Shown: in pieces, positions 1 through 9,174 of the stretch
How the letters are laid out: each line of letters opens with the position of its first letter
Numbering within the stretch: the first letter of the stretch is position 1
Assembly (NCBI GenBank): GCA_051453625.1
Contig: JBOZIK010000001.1
Coordinates: 8,647,711 to 8,669,964, forward strand
Source: Welwitschia mirabilis
Taxonomy: Eukaryota
Reading direction: 5' to 3'
DNA: 22,254 nucleotides
The notes under the pieces: model-generated
Database searches by the model: none
Seen by the model: only the letters and a program-made list of their open reading frames with translations
What the model was told of the DNA's origin: nothing
Translations under genes and position numbers: made by a program

Positions 1-1915
1 TATTTGGATTGGGCTTTAGACAAATTTTTACTATGATAGGATATGTATTTAAAATCATTTTCATAATTTTGACCAAGAACCCCACCCACAGTAATGTTTC
101 TTACATCACACATGAGTTTAAAATCTTTAGTTCAATTAGAATCCATGATAATAGGTTTAGAAGAAATGTTTTCCTTAAGTGTATCAAATACAAGTTAACA
201 TGAATCATGCTAATCAAATTTTTAGCATCTTTTTTGAGTAATAAGGAAAGGAATTTATAGACCTTGGCATAATCATAAATAAAACAATGATAGAAACTAT
301 CATAACCAAGGAATGATCTAACTTGTTTGATATTGATTGGAGGAATAAGATTTTTAATGATACCAACTTTTATGGAGTTCATCCTAATCCCTTTCTTAGA
401 AATATGGTGATCTAAAACAATTCCATTATTAACAAGGAGAAAACACTTTTCCCATCTCAAATGTAGATAACTTTATATACATTGATCCAATACTTTCTCT
501 AATCTCTCTATGATTTATTCCAAAGTTTCATAAAAGATGGAAAAACTATTTATAAATATTTTAATAGAATCCTCTATTATGTTAGAAAAGATCCCTATCA
601 TTACTTGTTAAAAAGTCCTAGGGGCATTGCAAAGTTTAAAAGACATTCATCTAAAGGAAAATGTTCCAAAGGATGAGGTAAAAGTTATTTTTTCTTGATC
701 TTCACTTGCTATGCAAACCTTATTATGATCATTATACCCATCAAGAAAATAATAGTAGGCATGACCTTGGATTTTATTAAGCACTTAATCAAGAAAGGAT
801 AAAGGACAATCATCCTTTTAGTGACATAATTAAGTTTTCTAAAATTAATGCACATTCTCTATTTCCCACCCTTTTTTGAAACTACTATCAAAGGGCTAAT
901 CCACTCACTATTAGATATAGCATAGATGATCTCAAAATTCATAATTTTATAAATTTCATCTTTAAATACATACTTGAGGAGTAGGTTGAGCCTTATTTGG
1001 GGTTATCTAATAGGTTTAGCATTATCTTTAAGGTCAATTTTGTGTTGGACTATGGAAAGAGGAATGAAAACTAAGTCTTTATGGATCCAAGAAAAAGCAT
1101 CTTCTTTAGATGTCATAAGGAAGATCAATTTGGATTATTTTTAAAGAGTAAGAAGATAACTTATTATGAAAGGTTTCTTCATATGTTTAAATAGAAAAAT
1201 ATATTTTAGACATTTGGACAACTCCTTCAGTTATAAGTTAGAATTTTCACTTGTTGTCTTATCTGTTGTGGGGATAATAGACATTAGATGATACTCTTCA
1301 AAAAATATTTCTATTAAATAAACATGTTAGCTTTTTCTTAGTTGAAATATTCCTCATTCTCATACTTAAGATAGTGTATTTTAGTCAGGTCATCATATAA
1401 AATTAGTTCATATAGCATTATTAATCTCTCCTCAATTAGGTGATGTTGTAAAAATAAGGTTGGTTTAAGTTCTTCTTATAAGTTAAACTTATCTCCTATT
1501 TCATTTTTAATTACATCAAAAAATCAAATGATAAACTTCTTATTTCCTATATGACATTCCATTATTCTATTCGTGCATCAATGATATAGTAGACAAATTC
1601 ACAAAATGCTGTTCCTAAGAATAGTGGATAATATTCATCATGTTCTATCTCAATGATGACTACATTAATGGGGTAAAAATATTCCTCTATTTGGATGACT
1701 AGGTCCTTTATAATTCCTAAGGTTTTCTTTATTGAGGTATCAACCAATTTCAAGATGACTCATGTAGGTTCTATTCTATTTTCCAACCTAAATCTTTTAC
1801 ATATGTGAAGCGGTATAATGTTTACACTAGCTTCTATATCAATTAAAGCTTTTTGAATTCTTTTGTTTCCTTCTAAGGTGACATTCATGTCTCTGAATTT
1901 AAAACACTTTTTCAT
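1..1915 (-). pseudogene. pol: Element A pol remnant (aspartic protease, RT, start of RNase H)
   Basis: ALIDIEASVNIIP (~1810-1850) matches the DLGASVN protease motif. IKIFINSFSIF (FINS at 545-556) is a decayed EVFMDDFSVF. ORF 101..460 RWEKCFLLVNNGIVLDHHIS...VRSFLGYDSFYHCFI matches NWEKCHFMV-EGIVLGH...VRSFLGHAGFYRRFI. FKLMCDVRNITVGG (~80-125) is the RNase H start. Many stops and frameshifts. Confidence 0.93.
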
Positions 1916-2174
1916 NNNNNNNNNNNNNNNNNNNNNNNNNNNNNNNNNNNNNNNNNNNNNNNNNNNNNNNNNNNNNNNNNNNNNNNNNNNNNNNNNNNNN
2001 NNNNNNNNNNNNNNNNNNNNNNNNNNNNNNNNNNNNNNNNNNNNNNNNNNNNNNNNNNNNNNNNNNNNNNNNNNNNNNNNNNNNNNNNNNNNNNNNNNNN
2101 NNNNNNNNNNNNNNNNNNNNNNNNNNNNNNNNNNNNNNNNNNNNNNNNNNNNNNNNNNNNNNNNNNNNNNNNNN
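1916..2174. other. Assembly gap (259 N) between gag and protease of element A
   Basis: Run of N. Confidence 0.99.
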
Positions 2175-3862
2175 TTATCATGTGATGTTAATGGGAAGTT
2201 ATATGAGTTCAAAATCTCTATATCATGTTCTTCATTACTTTTTTTCATTATTTTTAGAATTTTAGACCTTATGGGTAAGAGGTGTTGTATCATTTTCACA
2301 TCTTGTTACTGACTTCAAATATCTTTTGACTTCATTTGGATTGGTTAAAGGTTAAAATGCAAGAGACACTTGTGATTTTTGATTGGAAAGCATAGTTTAT
2401 TGAAGTACATTCACTAAGTATTCAATATTATTGTTAGTCTTTTCTTGCATATTTTTCAATTCTTTTATGGAATCTCTAAGTGGATCATTTTGATTTGGTT
2501 GAAAATTGAGGTTATTTAGTTGAAAGCTTGAATTTCTAAATCTATTCTAAAAACATTTTTATTGTTATTGTCGACCTAATATTTGTTGATGTTTTGGTTG
2601 ACTTTTAAAGTTAGGTATTCTTTGGTTGAATGCACATACCTCCTCAAACATCATTTCTTTATAAGTTGGTAACAAGACACATTCTTTAGTTGAATGACTG
2701 TTATCTTTACAAATATCACATGTTGAAGTTGTGTTTTCATCTTTTACTACTTTTCATTAACTATCATTTGAGTGTACTTCTCTAAAGTGGTATTGAAATC
2801 ATTAATTAAGTTTATTAAGTTACCTTTCTCTTCTTCCTTATCATGTTTTACTTCTTTCAAATATTTTATGATTTGGCCTACAGTTTAACTTTCCTTAGTG
2901 GATTTTGGCCAAGTTTGACTTATCTCTACTAGAGTTTCCAATGCATTCCATACATTCTCTAAGACTAAGTTCATCAAGTTTCCATCATAAGAAAATTCTA
3001 CAAGTTGTTTAGTTTGACTAGTTAATCCATTGTAGAAATAATTTATCAATTCTTCTTTATATAATTTATTAACAGAATTGTAGTGAATAGCTATAATAAA
3101 ATGCTCATAAGTTATGGCATAGTTCTTGTGAGTTCTAATTGAAATTTGGTAACCTTCTTTCTTATTTTTCTTATGGTACTTTCATTCAAAAATCGTTTAA
3201 TAAAAACTTCTTGCAGTTGACATCATGATTTAAAACTCTAGTATGGAATGGTTTTAAGCCAAAGTTTTGCCTTTCCTCTAAGTATGAATGGAAAGATAAT
3301 CATGTAAGTATGATTACTAATGCATTTCTTCCCATTTCTTGAGGTAAGTACAAGTTGTTCAATGATGGCTAGATGTTAGAAAGGGTCTTCCTTAGGTTTC
3401 CCTGAAAATGTTGGATAGGCACTCAAGTTTCTTAATTCTATATCATCATTGATAGATAAATCAAAAGAATTTTGGATTTCACATTTTTCTATTAGCAATT
3501 AAATCTCTAAGTATAACATTTACATTTGAAGTCGAAGTTCTTATCATGATCAACATAATAGACAAAGCAACTTATTTTTGTTTTTGTAGGTATTTCAACA
3601 TAGATGAAGAAGAAATAACACAATCTATTTCTAAGCTATTATTTTCACAATTTTCTTTTGCAAAATTTAACTCTAAAAGAATAAAAGTAGAAAAATCCTC
3701 TTCTTCAATTCTTGAAATTTGCGTACCTACAATGTGCATACCTAGATTTTTATTGAAGTTCAATAATATTTCTATAATATTTTCTTTAATCAAGTTTTGT
3801 TCTCTCTGACATTTCATCTTTCTACTATAATTCACCATATTCCTACATACTTTAGATAGCAA
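2175..3862 (-). pseudogene. gag: Element A gag remnant with CCHC zinc knuckle
   Basis: YPTFSGKPKEDPF*HL...IFPFILRGKAKLWL (~3250-3420) is the retrotransposon gag core. CDICKDNSHSTKEC at 2679-2720 is an intact CX2CX4HX4C. ORF 3572..3862 is the probable N-terminus; the start is uncertain. Confidence 0.85.
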
Positions 3863-3890
3863 ACAAAGCCAAAATCAAAAACAACTGAAA

Positions 3891-4127
3891 GTCATCCAAC
3901 TGGTCATGGGGATGATAGAAGAATGACAATTACAATAGTAGAAAATTGAAATGAAAGAAAAATTATCATAATTAAACAAATAGACTATCATTCATCTTGT
4001 TGTAAGGATGATAAATAAGATGACATTATTTTTATTACTGCTACTAACAGAAAGAAAATTTATGAAAAAATAAAAGAAATTTAAACTATAATTTCTAGGG
4101 TCATGGAAACGACAGAAAGAATGACAA
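3891..4127. repeat. Three degenerate ~40-bp quasi-palindromic units at ~98-bp spacing in the element A leader
   Basis: gtcatccaactggtcatggggatgatagaagaatgacaa (3891-3929), tatcattcatcttgttgtaaggatgataaataagatgaca (3986-4025) and ataatttctagggtcatggaaacgacagaaagaatgacaa (4088-4127). Confidence 0.7.
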
Positions 4128-4274
4128 TAAATTTTTAAACTATAGAAAATAAAAATTGCTAAGATAAACCTACTAAACTATAGTAAAAATATATTACTAT
4201 TTTAAATAAACAACTTAAACTAAAATTTAAGGTACTTATCTAGATAGTGACAATCCTCTAGCTGCTTGCAGCCT

Positions 4275-4295
4275 TTCATAGCAACGACCCCAAAA
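4275..4295 (-). other. Primer-binding site of element A (decayed)
   Basis: Minus strand reads ttttggggtcgttgctatgaa, immediately after the LTR end ...atcgtaaca; it resembles the Athila-type PBS ttttggcgccgttgccgggga. Confidence 0.85.
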
Positions 4296-5528
4296 TGTTA
4301 CGATGTGAATTTATGTAATCTTTAAGTCCTTAGGAAAAATGTATAAATCATAATACTTACAGAAAATACACACTATTATAAATAAGAGTTAACCCAAATG
4401 TCAGAATCTATTGAAGGAACTAGGCTAGAAGTTAGAGAATTGATTTACAAAGTATTTTAATATTTTCTATTTTAGTAAATCAAAGTAAACAACAATGAAA
4501 ATGCAATGCAAGCTGGATGATGATGAAATAAAATGAATGAAATGTAAGCATGATGAGTTCTATTTGTATTCCAATCCTCCTGTCATAAGAATTAGTTCTT
4601 ATAACTCAAATCAATTACAAAGATTTTATCACTTATTCCTAACTAACATAAACTATAAGATATGCTAAACAAAATGCAAATATGAAATGGACTAAAGAAA
4701 ATGCAATGCAAGATCTAAACTAACAAATTTAATGTTAATAAAGTTTGTCCTTATGATCTAAATAAACTATGAATTTATCACTAAACCATAATCAAATTAA
4801 ATCATAAGGGACATTTACACAATAGTAGTGAAAAAAGTTCTTAAATTAATCATCAATTTAACATTCACTTACAAAAACGTAGTAGCACCTCAATTAAGGA
4901 TAATTAGCTTAACACCAATGTCATCTTCTCTTTGTAGCTAAGGGATGAATGTCGTATCCTTCAACCTTCCGTCATAAGAATATTTGATACAAAAGATGGA
5001 AATGGAAGTAAAGGAAAGAGAGGGTATTTATAGTTTTACGTTAAAGTTTTAGAAGCACAATCCTAAAAGTCATAGAAGAAATCCTAGCAACCCACATGAG
5101 TTACATGACCCCTTACAAAGATAATTATTTTCATCCATACAAAAATAGGTGTCATCTTGAGTATCATAGAAATCATACTCCTATGCAAAAGATGACCCAT
5201 TAGCTTCAGGCCCTACATTCAACTTTGCAAATTCAATCTATGTCAGTAGAGCTATCATCTTGCTATCGTGGGAATAACAAAAGGGATGACAAACCTATTT
5301 ATCTTCTATCTCAAATGGAAATGAGTTTTCTACATGGTTAATCTTTCCTTCAAATCATGAAGTATCAAAATAAGCTTGAGATTCCTCCAGATATGCTAAA
5401 AATTGCATGTTTTAGTGAACATCTTATCAATTCTCCATAATCATCAGAATTGCATCCAAACCTATATAAATGTCCTACAAAAGTACTCAAAATACACCAT
5501 CAAAATCCTACAAATTGGCATCGCAACA
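4296..5528 (-). repeat. 5' LTR of element A (1233 bp)
   Basis: TG...CA termini with a 9/10 terminal inverted repeat: tgttacgatg (4296) and catcgcaaca (ends 5528). It abuts the PBS on one side and element C sequence on the other. Confidence 0.9.
5025..5033 (-). promoter_or_regulatory. Candidate TATA box in the element A LTR
   Basis: Minus strand CTATAAATA followed by a pyrimidine-rich tract (ccctctctttcctttacttcc), oriented toward gag. Confidence 0.6.
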
Positions 5529-6323
5529 TGTAAAATGTTAAAACAAATAATTCATAAGAAGTCTCTAATATCATCTTAATTTCTTTTCAATTTTAGCTCT
5601 TATACAATCATAAGTGGCATCTTTTAAGCATTTGATCATGTTAAGTATTTAGTATTATGACACCTTCTTCCAATATAATTAAACATTTTGTTCATGAAGA
5701 AGACAATGCTACATTGCCAGTGAGCATTTATAGCCTTGATTCAGTTAAATATATCACAAATAAATCATTAGAGATACCTTACAAGTAAGTGTCTATAGCC
5801 TATATGTAGTTAACTAAACCCATTAAAACTGATCAAAAATAAAATGGTACTTTTTGGAGAAGAGATATTATTTTTCTTTTGATTTTACTTCTTATATATT
5901 TTTTAATTCACATAGGAGGGATCATTGACTTATTAGCCTAATTAAAAAATATTTATACACATAAATGCTTAAAATAAAGACATATCATGAAAGTAGAAAA
6001 ATAATCTTTTCTTTTCTTGATTTCAAGTTAGAGATATCAAATGAATGAATAAATTAACAAAAGAACTTAAAAATAAAAATAACTTACTCTTGAAAAAAAT
6101 GATTCCTCTAATCTCAGCCAAACCATGGAATTACAAAAATATCTTATTCTTGTTTATGTAAAAAGGCCATTACCCAAGACTAGTAAGTCTTATGAACTCA
6201 TCATATGATGAATGCAGTGGGTGGTCTATAAGCCTTATGAAGTAATGCCATTTTCGAAGAGGTAGATGATAAGGTTTAATTTAGTAAAGGCTTATCTTAT
6301 GCTGAGAGTGATATTTGGAGTTT
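5529..6323 (-). mobile_element. Element C, left fragment: post-pol region of an older B-related Athila-like element
   Basis: 5529-~5995 aligns by eye with B ~8535-9005 (e.g. atgtagttaactaaac and ttttggagaaga are shared). ~6160-6185 aligns with the B pol end ~9172-9200 (aaaggccatta). Confidence 0.85.
5624..5937 (-). pseudogene. Putative extra post-pol ORF, element C copy
   Basis: Translates as NDPSYVN*KIYKK*NQKKNNISSPKS...FS*LHIGYRHLLVRYL**FICDIFN*IKAINAHWQCSI / LLHEQNV*LYWKKVS*Y*ILNMI (one frameshift), colinear with the B copy. Confidence 0.5.
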
Positions 6324-7700
6324 TATTTATACTGTAGTATAATTAAATTGAAATAAAATAGTTGGATACTAAATATCATTCTTTCATAGGAATAATTATG
6401 GTGACTGAGTAAAAATTATACAAAATTTTTCTTATCTTGTAATTAAAATCAAAGAAAGGAGAAAATAAAAAGTTTAAGAATTTTGTTGAAATTTTAAGTA
6501 GAAAGGTAGAAAAATGAATGAGCTTTATAGTTTAGCCTTATTTGTCCTCCATGAATTCTTCAATTCAATGATATCCTATGAATTCCTATGATATACTTAA
6601 ATTATCAAGTCATAATGCCTCAGTTCACAATGACATAATCATATTTACCAAATGAGTATTTATGAATTCAATAGTCACTTAGTCCTTTATATCCCTTTAA
6701 TAAGAATGAAAAGTAAGGAATTATAGTACTTAAAATCTGTGAAAGAAAAGTAGCTTAAAATAACTAACTTATAGAATTCACTTGATTAGGAATATACTTG
6801 ATAATATAGTCTTTCATAAGCATTAAAAGTAAAAATATATTTGTAATTAAAAATCTAAAGTGAATAACTACTTTGTATTAAATCAAAAATACACATTACA
6901 TCAATGAAAAAAGGAAGCTAGTATGAACTCCTTAAGGTAGTCTTGAAACAAATTTGCTTCCAAAGAATGTGCTTAAAATGCCATGTTAATTATGACACTT
7001 TAAGAATTTCTACTACTTTCTAATCAAAGGATATTACAAATGAGGTCTCAAGGCCTTTTTATAAGTGAGTATGGGATGAGGGGTGGTTGAAACCCTTTTG
7101 GCCTCTAGCACTAGATGGTTACTTATAAAGTTTGTCATCTTATATTAAGTGAGGTTTTTATCTTCTTATGTTAGTTAAGGATTGTCATGATGAGTTTAAC
7201 ATTGGATGCTAATGCTTATATCAACTGATGATATTATCATGTGTTTCCTATACTATCTAACTTAACATTACTACTTACCACTACTATGTGTCATTTTTGT
7301 TACCGCCATTTGGTGTGCCTCAAGAATGCTAGTTATTTCTAGTGTAAAATTAGATTAATCCCTTAACTACATTCAGCTAAATTTTTTATGACAAGCCATG
7401 CTTCATAATTGGAGAAACGAGAGAACATGAGAATTGAAATATTTTAATTACAAAAACTAGTGATATTGATGTCCTAGACAGTAGCGCCAGTGTTTTAAGC
7501 TAATTAATCTTTATCTTTTAGCATGTCCTTCAAAATGTGATAAATAGATTAAAAATGTCATAGAAAGATGATAAATTTACAAATAGTATTAAAAAGAGGA
7601 AAAAGACATAATTATATGATAAAAAAAATATTCTGATATCTTTAATAAAGCTACATTGATTAGATAACTTGACTAGAATGTTAATGTTCACATGTGAGCA
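6324..7700 (-). repeat. 3' LTR of element B
   Basis: Direct repeat of 15294-16651; I counted 19 mismatches in 120 ungapped bases (6361-6480 vs 15331-15450). Decayed termini tatttat.../...gtgagca. TATA-like ttataaaaa on the minus strand at 7056-7064. Confidence 0.93.
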
Positions 7701-7714
7701 CACTTGCTAACTAG
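7701..7714 (-). other. Polypurine tract remnant of element B
   Basis: Minus strand ctagttagcaagtg directly precedes the TG of the 3' LTR. The position is right and it is consistent with a decayed agttggggggtg-type tract. Confidence 0.55.
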
Positions 7715-8631
7715 AATTTTACTATACTACTAGGAAAAAGTTAATAATAAAATGATCAACATAGAAAAATTATCTAATTAAAAAAAACTCCAGTATAATA
7801 GATGATATAACTTTATAAGATGTTTATGATTAATTTTTAAAAATGAAGCATTAAAATCAAAAAAATTCTATAAGAACTAGATGCCATAAATTTTTTTCCC
7901 TTGAAGAGAAAATGGATAGGTAATTTTGTATCACATAAAGGTCCAATGACACTTGGCTTTATAGAATCTATTTTGCTTGTATTCCCTCATCGCAGTTGGG
8001 GTTTAAACTTTGGACCGTTGGGTCCATGTGTCTATGAACTTCCACTCTAGAAAGCAGTCATTGATGACTCCATAACCTTAACTAAAGCTAAACTTTATCC
8101 TCTAAATCTTATAATAAAAAATTTTAAGATAATTTTAAGAACATATCCTTAGGAAATATTTATCTGAACATGAATTTTATTAAAAAAATATGCAAAGTAA
8201 TGTAACTAAGCTATGATGCAGAAAAAGAAAAACTATTTAATGAGATATGACTACCTTTTATTTCTTGTTGAAAATGATAAGTGAAAAGTTAATTCATAAA
8301 AATATTTTATGTCTTATGATGTTATTTCACATGAAATGGGCCTGAAATGGAATGGATGTTAAGGATGATAATATGAAAAAATGAATTAACGATGCAAATG
8401 ATAAATAAAAGAGATAACCTATGTAAATTAATGGCCTTATTATTTTTTGTGATTTATAGTGGATTTTGTTACTTGAAAAGCATAGTATTTATCAAATAAG
8501 TTATAATAATTTAAGAAATCATAGCACATCTTAAGTATAAAAGTTAAAGACAAAATAGTGCATAAGCCCTCCAATTCTTTCTTTTTGTTTTTGTTATTTT
8601 CCTTTTTCTACTAGCATATATGTACTTTGTT

Positions 8632-8942
8632 TTAAGCATTTTGAATCACATTAAGGATCTAGTATTACGAAATTTTCTTCCAATAGAGTTAAGCATTTTA
8701 TTGTGTAAAAAAATTGGTGTTGCATTACCAAAAATTATCTATAGGCTTGATGCAGTTGATTATGTCATAAGTATATTATTAGAGTTGCATTAGCAGCAAG
8801 CATCTATAGCACTAATGTAGTTAACTAAACTTGATTGAGTGATTAATAAGATGTGATTTTGGAGAAGAAATATTATTTTTTAAATTCTTCTTCTCATATT
8901 CATCTCATTATGCACATAAAGAGGAGTCATTGGATCATTTTC
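8632..8942 (-). pseudogene. Putative extra post-pol ORF, element B copy (env-like position)
   Basis: One frame without frameshift: SNDSSLCA**DEYEKKNLKNNISSPKSHLINHSIKFS*LH*CYRCLLLMQL**YTYDIINCIKPIDNFW*CNTNFFTQ*NA*LYWKKIS*Y*ILNVIQNA. The stops are compatible with C>T decay of CAA/CAG/CGA codons. Confidence 0.5.
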
Positions 8943-9174
8943 CTAATTAAGAAAAACCTTGTTCTCACTAAAATATTTAAACATAAGAAACACAATATGA
9001 AGGTGGATTCCACATTTTTATTCCATTTTTATCAAAATTAAAGACCTTAAGTAAACATGGCTTTAACAATCATACTAAAAATATGTGTAACTTTTCTTTA
9101 AAAATTCATAAGTTTACTTAATCATAATAATTAATTAAAATGATAGTGAGGCCACTTATTATTAATTTTTATTA

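Larger units (their letters stand above)
1..5528 (-). mobile_element. Element A: degenerate Ty3/gypsy (Athila-like) LTR retrotransposon, 3' part outside the window
   Basis: Minus-strand order is LTR, PBS, gag, PR, RT, RH. The PBS is a decayed Athila-type TTTTGGCGCCGTTGCCGGGGA, and the RT/RH peptides match Athila-type pol motifs. Confidence 0.93.

Noticed and set aside
9-203. Plus-strand ORFs 9..203, 3546..3809, 17387..17608 and 20742..20945 as genes
   Set aside because: Each lies antisense to recognisable retrotransposon coding sequence and has no motif of its own.
1760-2312. Long ORFs 1760..2299, 1863..2312 and 1912..2181
   Set aside because: Their length is an artefact of the N gap; only the protease part of the minus-strand ORF is meaningful.
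3891-4127. CRISPR-like array (palindromic repeats at regular spacing)
   Set aside because: The units are highly degenerate, lie in a plant retrotransposon leader, recur in LTRs, and no cas gene is present.
8632-9041. Plus-strand open stretch at 8632-8790 and ORF 8853..9041 as an antisense gene in B
   Set aside because: The C copy has stops in the matching plus frame, and the B/C differences look synonymous in the minus frame instead.
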